Source: Calcarisporiella thermophila CBS 279.70
Lineage: Eukaryota; Fungi; Calcarisporiellomycota
Assembly: GCF_041956535.1 (NCBI RefSeq)
Contig: NW_027192208.1
Location: 78,761-142,760, forward strand
Reading direction: 5' to 3'
DNA: 64,000 nucleotides
The translations under genes were made by a program, and so were the position numbers. The first letter of the stretch is position 1, and every line of letters starts with the position of its first letter. Of the stretch, positions 12,913 to 27,109 are shown piece after piece. The notes beneath the pieces are model-generated. The model was not told where the DNA came from. It worked only from the letters and a program-made list of their open reading frames with translations, and did no database searches.

Positions 12913-13488
12913 GGCCAAGTCAAACACCACCAGTCTATGAAAGCAAAAGCGACGTATCGAGGGCTGTCTGCAGTGGAGAGCGATGTTATGGAAGGGAATT
13001 TCGAATGTGACTAGGAATTCATGTCTGGTCCACTGGTGCAACTTATTCTGTTTGTTTTTGGAATCGAGCCGTTAGTGGCTAAATCGGATCAAATGAAAAT
13101 CCTCTACCCTACTAAGGATGTCAAATAAAAGCTTATTCATTCTCTCGAGAATCTTAAAATTGCAGTGCAGAGGGAAAAAAAAAAGAGAGTATTAAGAGAC
13201 AAAAAGGAAAAGAAAGGAAAGGAAAGCCAAGGGGAAAAGGAATGGAAAAGCGAATAAATAGGATCCAAATGATGAAATAAGGTATTCATTTAATAATGAG
13301 GTAGGTACTTTAAAAACATTCAAGAGCCATTATAGCGTATGTATATATGTATATATAGAGAAAGAGAGGGTTTTCTAGACAACACTATTCACTTAATAAG
13401 CATCACTCAAATGCACAAAAAAAAAATAAAATAAAATAGAATAGAAAGATAGGAAAACATCTAAATGGAGTTGAACAAGAAAAAGAAA

Positions 13489-16400
13489 TTACTTTTTGTC
13501 CGCCCACTGTCTAAACTCCTCCTCGCCTTCGAAATACATCTCCTCCTTATTATTCATCGCCAGCGGAGCGGGCCAGAGGTGACTTTTATCGTCCTCCGCT
13601 CCCCGCTCCTTTTTGGCTCCACCGGTCTCATGGCTATCCACCACAGGCTTGGGTTTTTCCTGCCCATGGTTGACGTCGCTCTGCAGCTTGGCGACCACGC
13701 CCGCCGCTTTCTCCTCGGGCTGATCCTTAGGCTGTGGGTGACTATCGTCCTCATCGTGGTCGTCGGCGAAGTGAACGGTGAGCCGCGACTTGGGCTTGGG
13801 CTTCTCCGTCTTCTGCTCTACCTTGTATTCCTCGTGGCCCTCATGCCCCTCCATTCCTCCCATGGAATGGTGCATGGGGTCACTCTCCAAGTGGCGCTCC
13901 CACGGATCCGGATGCGTGTCGGGACTCATTAGGGCAGAGTCTCCCTCCTCATCCTCGTCCTCATCCTCATCCGCCTCGCCACCATAGGCATCCGACACGA
14001 AGTAGTCCTCCACAAACTGCGACACCGTCGCCTGCTTCTTGATTCGGAGCTGCATGGATCGCCTATCCAGCTCCAAGTTCTCCTTCTCCGCCCGAAGGTC
14101 CGCAATCATGAGCTCGAGCTCCGCCTTCTCTTCTTCCGTCTGCTCGGCCTCTCTCCGCGCGGTGTCCCGCTCGCGCTCGATACGAGCAAGGTTCGCCTCG
14201 GACTCTTTCACGCGCTGCTCGAGGAAACGCATCTCCCGCTCCAAGCGCTGAACGGTGTCCTCAGCGGCCTTTTTGGCGCCCTCTGCCGAATCCAGTTCGT
14301 CCTCAAGTTGGCGCACCTTCTTCTCCAGGTCGCCTCGCTCAGTCTCCATCTCCTGCTTGCGCTGGTCGAGACCTTGCCTGAGGTGCTGAACAGTAGCTTC
14401 GTGCTCTTGGAGCAATCGGCGCGCCTCATCCAGCTCCCGCTCCAGAGTAATCCGCTCCTCCTCACTCTCGTCCCGCTCCCGGTCGGCATTCTCCTTCGCC
14501 CACTCTAATTCACGCGCTTTCTTGACGAGCTCCTGCTCGAGCTCTCGCACATGCAGCTCCATCTCCTGCAGTTTTTCGGAGCGGTCTCGCGAATCTTGCT
14601 CCACCGCCTCGCGGGCCCATTGCACCTCCTTGGCCTTTTCCTCCACCTCGCGCTCCAACTCGCTTACTCGCGCCTCCAGCCCCTTGATCCGCTCCTCCTG
14701 CGTCTGGGCCGCCTCTTCGCGCTCCAACTCCATATCCCGGCTCTTTCGCTCCAACTTCTCCTCTAGCTCGCTGACCAGGTGCTCCAGCTCCTCCACGCGC
14801 TCGAGCGCCAACCGCCGCGCCTCCTCCAGCCGGCTCATCTCTTTCTCATTCTCCTCCATGATTCTACCCTTCTCGGACATGGCACGCTCCAAATCAGCGA
14901 TAACGCCCCGAAGCTGCCGGCTTTCCACCGTGAGATCTTCATGACGTTGGCGAGTAGAGATGTGCTCAGCGAGACGGGCCTCAAACTGCCTCTTGAGCTC
15001 TTGGAGCTCGGCAGAATGCTTTTGCTCCAGAGCGGCCAGATCGTCCTGCGCCGCAAGATCACTGTCGGAAATCGCACGATGGAACGAGTCGATCTCGGTC
15101 TCAAGCTCCTCAAAGTTTCGCTTAAGGATATCCCGTAGCCTCTCCGAGGAGGCTTTAAGGGCGGCAGCGTCGCTCTTCCGGACGAGCCCCGAGCGCTTCT
15201 CAAGTCCATCGTCATTCAGTGCGGGGGAGGAAATGGAGACCGGGGAGGTGGTTATGGGGGAGTTTGGCTGTGCATTGGCAAGCAGCATCTGGTGGACAGC
15301 CTCCAGCCTCTCCACCACGTTTCCGCTACCATTCATGCCACTCTCGGATCCCGAATAGGACTGGACGCCACTGTCCGGTCGACTGCCCCTCAACTCCTCG
15401 CCCAGATTCCCTCCACGCGATCTCGGCTTCTCTAGCGCCACCTCCATCATCGATAATTTATCCTGCACCTGGTGCTCGATGCGGCGCTTATCCTCTAATT
15501 CCTGGAGCCGGCCGCGGAATTCGAGGGCGGTGGCGTGGAGGAGGCGTTCAAGGCGGGCAATCTGATCGACGAGAGGCGTCGCCTTGTTCGCCATGTCTTC
15601 CGCTTGCTGCTGGGAGTTGGCCAAGTACTCACAGGCTTCCTTGAGCGACGGCACGGAATCAAGCACACCCTCTTGGACCGCCTTGACAAGCTTCTCGTCC
15701 ACCGCGATCGGTTCCTTTCTAACGGGTGCCGCGTCCTTAGTGCGTGCGCTCTCTTCCGAGGTCTCGCGCGGAGGCGTGCCTTGTCGCTGCTTCTCGAGAT
15801 GTTCCCGCTCTTGCTCTCGGTGGTGCTCCATCTCCGCATCTCGGAGACGTTCCAGCAGCTTTTTATTGGCTTCGTCGAGCTTTCGCATCCCGACGTTCAT
15901 AATGCCTGCGGTGTGCTCCAGATACTTCCGCTGCACCTCGACTAGGCGAGCATTGGCATGCCAAAGCTCAGTGGCAATCCCGCGCAAGCGAGTGTTGATT
16001 TCGTCGATTTCTTGCTCTGCTTGCGCTGCTGCCTGTTTGTACGACTTTTTCGATTGGCCTGCATGCATCTGGAGGATGGACTGGGCGCTGTGGAGGGAGC
16101 GGGTCTCGCGGGACTGGGATTCGGTGAGGTCAGCAATACGCTGCTGAAGATGCCGGATTTCCTATGGTTCAAATAAGCCAGAGATCGGGTTCATCAGCAG
16201 AACTTCGGGCGATCTTGTCGCTGAATGATTCATTACCTTTTTATACTCTTCAACGTCCGTCATGACGCCGAATTCTCTTGACTCGATCACGGCGCGACTG
16301 ATCAGTTGATGGACAATGCGGGGGTCCATGGAGGCATTGGCTTGACCGGGCGTCATTATTCCTCCGATTCTCACCTTTCCGTCAGGGGAAGATTGCTGTG

Positions 16401-17901
16401 AACCATGCTGCGTTGGATGGGAAGGGGCGGGGTTGTGTGCCTGCGATGCTATATACTTGTGGTCACCCGAGGTGTGTTTGTCGGGCAAGTGCGGCGGAGG
16501 GGATGACGGCATAAAAGTATTCGATCGAGAACCCTCGTTGAGGTTAGAGGTGCGCTCACTTGGGAAGGTATATTGGGTAGGGGGTGGTGAAGTGGGCGGA
16601 CTCATCATGATTGCGCTGCCCGCCGTATTCCGTGCAGAACCAGGCGCCGACGGGGGGCTTATCGGTCGATCGCCCGTCATTGCGGAGGTCGGAGCCCTAC
16701 CTCCGGTTGCCAAATCGCTCGTACGTAGGTTGGTATTCACTCCTTTATTCACTTCCTCGGTTTGCCAGCCAGACCCTGGCTCTCTCTCGCCCCATCGGGC
16801 AGGTTGCGGCTGCTGGAGGGGTTGTGGTAGAGGTTGTTGCGGCGGGCGCTCGTAGGCCGAAGTTGAGCTCGAAGAGCTTGCCCACGATGCAGAGGAGGGC
16901 TGGCCCGATGGCTGTTGTCCCGGTGGGTCACCGCCATCTGAGTCGCGCGGGTTGTTGTCCCTGCGCGAGTCCTGGAACGCCGATGAGACAACGCTCATGA
17001 GCGAGGGCTGATCGGGAAAGTCGGCATAGGCAAGATGCAGCGGGCCATTGCCTGCAGCGCCAGCAGGTTTGTTGTACTCGCCAGCCAGCTGACGAGCACC
17101 CTGCTCCGCTCCCGGTTGAGGCGGTAGCCCATTTAGGGCGTTGGATCTTGGGATATCTCCGGTATACAGGGGGTGGCCCGGCGGGGGCGGCGAAATTCCC
17201 CTCTGGCCGCCCACGCCGAACACCACGTCTCTATCTCTTCCACGCGCTTCTTCGTCGCCTACGCTACGATAGGGATTCCGGTAACGCTCGCGTTCCCCGG
17301 TGATCTCGCGGCCGAATTCTCCTTGGGTGGGCGATCCCATAGCGCCGCCATCGTATCTCAGGGTTCCTGAGCGGCCGGGCGGTGATATGGAACGCTGTGC
17401 GGCGCTCGAAAAGCCATCTCCGCGGTCGTAGCCAATTCCGGCATTGCCACCCGAGGGAGGGGAGAGAGATCGCTGGGCGGCAGAGAAATTCCCATTATAT
17501 TTCTCGTAGCCAGCACCGCCCTTGCCAGGCGGGGAGAAGGAGCGCTGCGCGGCAGTTCCCCTCTCAGGACTCGCGCCGGTCCTCTCTCTCCAGCCTCCGT
17601 GTTCACCGGCCATCATTCCTGCTCCGTTGGTTGGGCTGTGAGGGGGCACCGCATCTGAGTTTCCCCGCTCTTGCGAGGCGGCCCGTTTGGTGCCGTCAGA
17701 ATCGCCGGAGGAACGGTTCTCATTTCGTTTATCCGCGGCACGGCGCAGGGAGTCGCTCCGCTGGGGAAGCCATGCGAGCTTGTGGGCGGGCTTGCGCTCT
17801 TCATTATAATTGTTGTTGTTATTATTGTTGTTGTTGTTGGGGCTGCGGGCCCAGCGGTCATCACCGCTAGAGGATGGGGAGATTGAATACTGCGATGACA
17901 T
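13489..17901 (-). CDS. Uds1 (up-regulated during septation) domain protein with disordered N-terminus and long coiled coil, 2 exons
   Basis: HQLISRAVIESREFGVM..VEEYKK|EIRHLQQRI...ELW..RL.EVQRKYLEHTAGIM matches the Uds1 pattern. Intron at ~16236-16162; E/K/R-rich heptads follow. Confidence 0.75.
17809..17838 (-). repeat. (AAC/AAT)n coding microsatellite, poly-Asn
   Basis: About 10 consecutive Asn codons near the N-terminus of the Uds1 protein. Confidence 0.85.
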
Positions 17902-18617
17902 TGTATGCGGTAATCGATAGGGCAATTAGAGGGAATGCATTGAATGGTCTATGCACGGGGCCGGATGTTTATTATTTTGGTTACTAATGGTCGGGGATGA
18001 CAGCTAGAAGGGGAGGAGGGGGGGGGGGAGCTGCAAGAAGAGGATCTCAGAGGGATGAGGCTGTCAATGTAAGGGGGTGTGGGAAAGGGGAGATTGGCAC
18101 GGGGGGATTGTTTGGGGGGATGCGGATGGGTATGAGCCAAGTGTCTCGACGAGGCGAGAGAACAGGGAATAGCGTGGAAGGCGAAATAAAAATAACAAAT
18201 AAAAAACCAACTGCTTCACAACCGACCGACACCACAAAAGCGGAAAAAATCTCTGACTTTTTTTTCATCTACACCCGTTTGCAGCCTTGGCCTGTCATTC
18301 GTCGGCCGGCTGCGAGGCTTTGATTTTTGGAGGCTAATCGTTGCCATTTCCATTTCTAAGCATGTTTACATGCTCTTTATTCTCCAATCTCCAAACACCC
18401 CCTCTCCCAGCCCAGTAGCAAATATAAGGCAACATTACACTATAGACAGATGCATCGGCGTGCACAAGATCACATGTACTGAAATGGATGAACATAGAAG
18501 AACACAGCATTAAAGAGGAATGGTTCACAGTAATAAAACACTAAGAAAAACAAGGGATGGGTGTGCATGGAATCGGGAGTATCGCAAAACCGCAGGGACT
18601 TGAGATATAGGCGCCCT

Positions 18618-20985
18618 TCATCGTGGCACGTCCTCGGCGGCCTCTAGTGTCTTCACCCGCAGGATTTTCCCCACGCACTTCACCCGCCCCTCCCGGAACA
18701 AAACCGATGCGCCCTCACGCAAGTGTTCCGGTGCATGAGCAAACCGGAATCGAACTACTCCCCGCTCCCCCGTGCGCAAACCCTCTGATTGACAGGGGGA
18801 TGAGCCGCGAGGAGAGGAGGGGGCTGGAGAGGCTGAGGCAAGCCGGGGGGAAGAGTGGTCGGCGGAGGAAGAGGAGGATGAGGCCGAGACCGAGGAAGAA
18901 GCAGAAAGCGCGCGGATATGGCACGACTTGGATCTTTCGGGAATGCCAGCCAGGGTCTGCGCATGGGCAGGACCTGGGGCAGCAGCGGACAGAGTGGTCG
19001 GACTGGCGGGGGCAACCGTTCGGGGAGATGGCAGCGATGCGGGCGCTAACGAGGGCGAATTCGGGCCCGGCACTTGCACGTGCACGACCCTGGCCACTTG
19101 GCGCACCGAGCCGCAGTGAATCATCCCATGATATCCCTGCTGAAGAGCGGCGGGGTGATAGAGAACCAGGATCTCTGCATCAAACTCCATACAGCAAGCT
19201 GGACGCTCCAACAAGACCATCCCTTTGCGTAATCGCCATCGTGTCAGATCGATATCGCCTTCGGCCTCGCTTTCGAGGGCTAGAGTGCCCGCCTGGCCAC
19301 AGTGGATGTACGGGACTGGGATGCGATTTCGGTGGATGGACTTGACGACCACCGGGAGAAATAGGCCGTTGGAGTCTGGGCCAAGGTAGTAGGTGCGCTC
19401 ATGGGTCGGGCCGCGGACATTGATTCTGCCCGCGCGAAGTGTTCCACCCACCACGGTCCCCACATCTGGAATGCAGAGAAGATTGGCAAGCCAAAAGAAT
19501 AAAAGCCATGAGCAAACCAGCCGAGGGGCTTAAGGAAACTCGACCTTACCGAGCAAAGAGTAGACTTCTTCGATGTGGAATTCCACCGAATCCTCTAGCA
19601 TCTTCTTGTGATTTCTGGCCGGGATCGGGAGGAGATTGAACATCTTCTGCAGCAAATTCACGTTTTCGCCCGTGACACTGGAAGTTAAGAAGATTGGAAT
19701 GACTCTAAAAAATAAATCGAAAAAAATGTTAATTATATGCCGCGGTGGAGAAGCGCCGAGAGTATTCATTACCGAGAATGAGAGAAATTGGTCACGGCAA
19801 CCACCAGGTCGTCTTCACTCTGCACAATCATCGGCACCTTTCGACTTCCTGGCGCTTTAAGCAGCCTCAGGAGAGATTCAATCGTGCGCCGCAATTGGTC
19901 ACGCGTGGCGATGTCGATCTTGGTAATCACCACGAAAACCGGAACATTGAGCAGAACCGTGATGGCAAGGTGTTCACGGGTCATCTCGCCCACGCCTCCC
20001 GTCGATGCAGCCACCACTAGACAAGCATAATCTGGACACCGCCCGCTGAGCCCTGCAATGGTTGTCTTCAAATAGCGCGAATGCCCACAGGTGTCGAGAA
20101 AGGTGATGATCTTGGACGAGATTTCACAGATCTGCTCCCATGTCGACACGTTGGTGGTTGCATAGTTGATGAGCTCGCCCGCACTGTTGTAGCCGATGAT
20201 CTCGTGTACGATCGAAGAGGTGCGCCCAGTCTCTATCTCATGGCGGTGACGAAGCGTGTGGAGGCGGGATCGGCCGCGCCCATTGTCAGTGACGCCGTGG
20301 GCCAGAAATCCCAACAGCGTGGATTTTCCCGCATCGTGGCCCCCAACGATCGCCACTTTGATCTCCAAAAGCTGCCTGTCTTCCGTCAGCCGCTTCCGCA
20401 CCAGCGCCTCCACCACTCGATATCCTGGAGTTGCCACCGGCTTCGTCCCGTCTCCAACTCCGATCGGTGCACAGGATTTCGGGGCCGATGAACCCTCACT
20501 CTGACTGCCTGCAACAGGAACCTCGCGCACCACCGAGACGTCTGCGTTGAGCATATCGGCCATCCGCCTTAAAGTGTTGAGCGAAGCATCCATATCGGAC
20601 GGACTTAGACCGATCATGGTGCCGTCGTCAGAAATACCGATCTCGTACATGGCCTCGCCTCCTCCTTCCGACAATCTAGGTAGAACAACACATCATAAGC
20701 ACAGGGTAGGAACAGCGGAGATAAAGGCGCTGCTACTATACCTCCACTTCAGCTGCGTGACGAGGTGCTCAAACTTGTCCTGCTGGGGATCAACAAGCTG
20801 GAGCTGTGTAAAATTAGAATTGAGATTGTAATAAAATGTTAAATTTCTCGGTCAATTATCCGGAAAAAACTAGCAGGAAATCGAAGAGGTCAAAGTGGTA
20901 CCTTGTACTCAATGTTGCCTTCTCCATCGCACTCAGGGGGGAGTGAGGCGGTATGGTTATCCCAGGGAGAAGGCGTCCGTGACAT
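18618..20985 (-). CDS. Translational GTPase of the GTPBP1/GTPBP2 family, 5 exons
   Basis: LPPECDGEGNIEYK, HLVTQLKWRLSEGGGEAMYEIG, G1 GGHDAGKST, DNGRGRSR..RHRHEIETGRTSS, G3 DTCGH, G4 TKID. Confidence 0.92.
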
Positions 20986-21524
20986 TGTATAAACTTCTAA
21001 CAGGAATCCAAACGGAAGAATTTTACGAATTCAAATTCTTCAAGCTCATTCAGTGAGAATCTATCCGGTAACGCCAATCCATGGACGAGCAGAACGCGAA
21101 AAGGAAATGAGAACAAGGTATGTGAAAAAAACCGTCGATTTTTAATGCAGAAAAATTGCCATCTTTTTCCCTAGTTTTTCAATGACCTCCAATGAGTCGA
21201 ACATGAGAACAGTCACGTAGGGTGGGTTAGGTTAGATCCAACGAGAGCAAACATCATTCGTATCCCTAAGGGAGCCAGGTTTCAGCTGATCTTTCTCATC
21301 TCAAAGAGACAGTTCAACCTGCTCTCATTTTGTTATCCATCTACAATTTCCCCCGCGATCTACTAAATACATCAGGCGAGAATAGGATAAACTAGAAGCA
21401 GCCGAAGAAAATTGAACACTTTTGTCTCTGGTGATTTTTTTTAATCTTCCATCCTCCCCCTCCTGCTTCATCGAATCTCTCGCATCTTCCACTGTTTCCT
21501 CCTTTCATCTTTAAAATCGCAATA

Positions 21525-22788
21525 ATGACAGCCACCAATGGCGAGAAGGCACATTCTTCCGCCACCTCAACAAGCTCAACGGCCTCCAATGTTCGTAACC
21601 GTGAGCATAAGCAAACCGACCGGAGTTACACTGCAGAGCAGGAAACTATGGTTCGACGGGTCCGTGCCTGCAAACATACAGAGTACTATGAGATCCTGGG
21701 TGTAGAACGGACAGCAAGCGATGCAGAGATTAAAAAGGCTTATAGAAAAGTAAATATAAGCAGTCTCTTAACTTGGATGAACTATTATTCAATGTTATCT
21801 GTTACCCACTAGCTGGCGCTCCAAATGCACCCGGATAAAAACAGCGCACCTGGAGCAGATGAGGCATTCAAAAGTAAGCTTACCAATGTATGGCGTGATG
21901 AACATTAATCGCTTCATCCATGATTTTATCCGTTTTATTTAGTGATCAGCAAAGCCTTCCAGGTCTTAAGTGATGCGCAAAAGCGTGAAATCTTTGATAA
22001 ATATAGCACAGATCCGGATAAACGTCATACGGGCATGTCTGGCTTCGCCCATCAGCGCGGAAATGGCTTTGCATCATTCGAGGATGAAATCACACCAGAG
22101 GAATTGTTCAACATGTTCTTTGGAGGAGATTTCGCATCAGCAGGTGAGTTTTGGAGATGTGTGGTTTAACTATGTTATACTATAGTTCCTTTCAATTTTT
22201 CCCATCACTACCCTCCTGAGAAATATTGCTGATTTTTTTTCTCGTTAATCCTCAGGTTTTCATTCAGCAACTTTTGTCGGCCCGGGCATTGGTGTAAGAC
22301 GATTCTACACTCGTGGTGACCCAGCTGCGAGAGCAAGGGCTCATGCCCAAGGACAGCAGCCTGCCTCTTCCTGGATGGCCTTTGCCCAACTTCTTCCTCT
22401 TCTAGTCCTTCTCCTCTTCTCGATTCTCTCCAATTTCCTTTCGTCAGCACCTGCCGAACCCCCATTCTCTTTGAACCCCACTTCACATCATTCTTCAGCC
22501 CGCCTGACCGCCGACCACAATATCCAGTACTTTGTCAATCCTGAGACGTTTACGCCTCAGTTTGTGAATCATCCACGTAAACTGCGTGATCTTGAGCGGA
22601 ATGTGGAGATTGTATACTTGCAGCAACTAAATCACAACTGCCGACTAGAACAGACTGAGAAGAAGAGGAGAATTATGAATGCTCGAGGCTGGGGCATCCT
22701 CTATGATAAAGAGGAAGTGGATCGTGCTGAAAATATGCCTATGCCGAATTGCGACAAGTTGAGTAAGCTGCCGTATCGGTATTATTAA
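21525..22788 (+). CDS. HLJ1: ER-membrane DnaJ co-chaperone (HLJ1/DNAJB12-like; J domain, TM segment, DUF1977)
   Basis: YYEILGV..EIKKAYRK|LALQMHPDKN.APGADEAFK, PEELFNMFFGG, TM FAQLLPLLVLLLFSIL, LERNVE..L..NC...CDKL. Confidence 0.88.
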
Positions 22789-24194
22789 ATTTTTCCACCG
22801 CTTATAAAATGGTCTTTCTTCTTTTTTGTTGAATATAATATTATTCATCTGCGCAAACAAAGATAAACCTTTTGGCTCGCTTTAACAAAAAAAACAGATT
22901 TCTCTGTTATATCTAAGGATTTTTTAAAGCGTCTTTTAATATCTTCTCCTTATTTTTTTTTTCTCTTTGAGGACTGTATTTGATGATTTTTTATACATTT
23001 TTATTTTTTATTCTTTATTTTTTTAATACATGTGACTGTCTGTTTTATAGATTCATATTTTTATCACGAACACCCAGCTGTTCAAATTTTATGATCTAAC
23101 ATTGAACCAATGGCGACAACCACTCTACCTAAAATTACTAGGAAATTAACCGCAAAAAACTCGAGCAAGGTCGTGTAGGCACTATTAGTGAAACAGCTAT
23201 ATTTAACGAACAACCCCTAGCAGCAATAGGAGGGCGTTTTAAAGAGGATACCGCACGAAATGCTCTCCAACGGTAGCTGGCCTTGCCTATACCGCGTAGA
23301 TACATTGATGATGGATATGCTCACAGATAGGGGGTTTTGTTTGGTGATATCCCATAAAAAATTTTATTTCCTTTGACTACTTAGTAGAGTGGTCCATCTA
23401 ACTCGCAGGCTTTTTAAGCTAGTACATCCACAACATTTTCGACTAATTAAAGTAATATCAAGTTGTCTCTATTATGAACATATAAAAATCCATGTGGAGA
23501 GCATCTAAACTATACTATATTGAAGCTTCTATAGTGAATATTTCATTGGGCGTTTCTATTTCAAATCCATTCAATATATTGGAACCATAAGCCAAAAAAA
23601 CCCTGATAAAGTTTCAGGCCAAATACGCCTGTAAACAATATCTATCGTTTAGCTTTTCCTGACGCTTCAGTCAGAGAAAATGATTTGGAGGGGGGAGGAT
23701 AGATCTTGCTAGGTTCATTAAATCTAAATAAATACGCAAGTGCTCGCCCAAATGTATTTCCATACTGGACCATTCTATCCGCCAGCTGCGCTCACTTCTC
23801 CAGTTAAAGGCTTGAGTGATAAGAATTCCCAGCGTCCGGAAGAATATCCACAGTTGCACTGGCTCTGTAAGCCAACCTTTAGAACCTCATCAAGCAAGCT
23901 GACCGTCTTTAAAACACGATCATTGAAAATATTAAGTAATGAAACTTTTTATCACATTCGCCATTTTAAACGTTTTGCACTGACATTTTGTAGGGATAGA
24001 ATTAACAGTTCTTGCTACTCTCGTATCTCTGAGTTGGGCAAGAGAAAAAGAATCTTGAATCCTCTCTATACGAAATCATGCTAAATTAAAAAATCCGTGA
24101 TCGGACTGGGGATTTCTTCGCTTTCGATAGTCCGCCCCTTTCGCGTAGCTCTTCTCCTTAGAACACCCCATATCAATCCATATTCACACGCATT

Positions 24195-25538
24195 ATGCTT
24201 CCCAATCTCCTCGGTTTTTCTTCGCCCGCCACCATTGATATTACTCTGACCGGCGAGGAGCACCGCAAACAAGTGGAGGTCAAAGTTGGGAAAGATCGAC
24301 GCGATCGCTTTCCACTCTACCTCGATGGTGAGTCGGTGGTGGGAAAGGCTACCGTTCGCATAAGGGATGGAAAAAAACTGGAGCATATGGGCATTAAGAT
24401 CGAATTCATTGGCAGTATTGGTGAGTATTCTCGTCGGATGAACCACAGAATATACACGATCCGATTTTAATTAATCGAGGGATGTAACATTCTCCTAGAG
24501 ATGTTTTATGATCGAGGCACCCATTACGAATTCACCTCGCTCTCCCAGGAATTAGCAGCACCAGGAGAGATGCGCCAGAACACGACGTTTGATTTCGCTT
24601 TTAAAAATGTGGAAAAACCTTATGAGAGTTATTTCGGCATCAACGTTAAATTGAGGTAACTTTACATCTTACATTACCTTCTTCTCTTTCAATATTACTG
24701 TTCCTATGGTTATCGCCATTAACTTGGAAATAATGACCTGTTAATATCTAGATATTTTGTACGTGTAACAATCGCACGTCGACTAGCCGAAATAGTGAGC
24801 GAAAAAGATATCTGGGTATTCTCATATCGTCCTGTGCCTGAGGCAATTAACTCCTCAATAAAAATGGAGGTGGGAATCGAAGACGCATTGCATATCGAGT
24901 TTGAATATAATAAATCAAGGTAACTGCTCTATAATCAAGTCAGACTTTTCCCCTCCTCTATTGACACACAGGGTTAATGGATATTTCAAAAAGATATCAT
25001 TTGAAGGATGTGATCGTGGGCAAGATTTATTTCTTGTTAGTTCGGATAAAAATCAAACACATGGAGTTATCCATAATTCGGCGAGAGACCACTGGATCAG
25101 GTATAATGGAAACATCCAACTGCTATTAACAACCATGATATTGACGACCTTGCGATCATTTTATTAGCACCAAACCAGTACAATGAGAGCGAAACAATTA
25201 CGAAATTCGAAATCATGGACGGGGCACCAGTTAGAGGTAGGCCGGCTTATATCCTCCTAATTCCTCTGGAGTCATGAGTTGCATTCTCTGCATATCTTTG
25301 TCCATTCATAGGTGAGACGATTCCCATTCGCCTCTTCCTTGGAGGCTATGAGTTGACGCCCACATTCCGCGATGTGAACAAAAAATTCTCAGCGCGTTAC
25401 TACTTGAATCTCGTGCTAGTCGATGAAGAGAATAGGCGATATTTCAAGCAGCAAGAGATCACCGTGTATCGTCGACGCGTTGATGATGGCCTGCCACCGG
25501 AAGAGGGAGGAGAAAGGGAAGGCCAAGAAGAGGAGTAG
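24195..25538 (+). CDS. VPS26: Retromer subunit Vps26, 6 exons
   Basis: GKKLEHMGIKIEFIGSIE, FKNVEKPYESYFGINVKLRY, IKMEVGIEDALHIEFEYNKS, FEIMDGAPVRGETIPIRLFL, RRYFKQQEIT. Confidence 0.95.
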
Positions 25539-27109
25539 TGGAATAGGTGCGACACTAGCCTTCTAGCATTTTTTATAGATTCGTGAGTGTGAATAACTGA
25601 CATCCCTTCTAGTATATTGGCCTCTTTCCCTCCTTCCGTTGCAAATTGAACCATTGGGAGATACTTTCCTTCTCTACGTGCATTTCTTTATTCTCCACCT
25701 TTTTCCTATTCCTATCTGTAGCTGATAATCAAGATCCATTCTATATTGTTAATATGAGCACAATTTTCTCTAGAAGTGCAAAATTTTCTCCAAGGTTAAT
25801 ACAAGAGTGCAGACTTGTGTGGGTAAAATGGATTGATCTGTCAATATATGCAGTGTAACATCAGAAAAAAGGGGCACACTTTATGGACTTCCAATTTGCA
25901 TTTCCCAATTCCAGGAAATTAAAATCTAGTTTCTAGTTAATAAAGCGGGAGCATAGGGTGAAATAGACTATACCCTCGTGAGGACTTGAAACTTTCGGTT
26001 TCGACCTTCTTTCTGGGCTACATATACAAGTTTTGAAAGAGCAGGTTAATGGGTATCCGCGAATTGTAGCAAATATGAAGAGCTCTCAGCTTTCACTATG
26101 CTATGTGGTTAAACGAGATCTTACAGATTACAATACTAGTCCAACTACCTAATCTCCCCACTATTAAAAAATAAAAACATATCTCGAGTTTGTAAACTTC
26201 GCTTTACTACTACTAGGTTTCGTCAGGTTAATTCATTGTATATTTGATTTGCAAATTTGAACGAACCAACCCTTCTTCTAGAAATCTTGTATTTAAAGTC
26301 TGATATCTATCGTTAGACATTGACTGGATTATATTTTGATCAGTGTTGTTAAAAGTTAAACTGGACACGCTGTCACTAGCAATGAGAGAATACCACAAAA
26401 TAATTTGCTTCGAGTGTATTTTCACTATTCCTAAAATACAATTATCATGAATAAATCAGGTGAGAAGATGGGTGAGAAGTGCGGAAACATTGCATAGAAG
26501 ACGAAATGAAGATTTTGTGGATTGGTGATACGCCAACCAACATGCATTGTCTCCTTGTTTTCCGGATTTCCAGATGGCTATCTCTAACGTATTCGGAATA
26601 AATGTACATACAAAACGATACACAAGTAGGTTGCAACAGGTATTCCTAAACAGCATTATATCTCAGTGCTAAGTGACATTGGTTCAAATTCAGACATTCA
26701 TGTCTGGAAGGGCCGTGGAGAAAAGCCCACTTCTCGTTGAAGCTGTATGGCGATTGATAACAACGCAGAGCTGAAGTCGATTTGGGCGTTAATATAAGTT
26801 TATTTTGTAAGGGATAAAATTAATATGGGCAACAAGAGCCAACTGCCCAAACCCAGCTTGGGACCAAATTCTCTGCCGTCGTAGGGTACCATGACCGGCT
26901 ACGCCACATTTCATCTTATGGTTCAGAGTCGCGAACGCGTTCCTCAGCAAAACAACCCGCCTTTGATTGATGAGTTATCCATTGCTTCGCGTTTTTTGCA
27001 TCTGATCTCCACCCCATCAGCTAGCCTTACCTATTCCTATCTTATCCCTTTTCATCATCACCACAAAATTCTTGATTTTCGTGCATATAGCGTATAGATT
27101 CTATTCTTT

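Noticed and set aside
13465-17886. Many long antisense and alternate-frame ORFs over the GC-rich genes (also 8500-9600 and 10260-12300)
   Set aside because: These are shadows of GC3-rich coding sequence on the opposite strand or frame.
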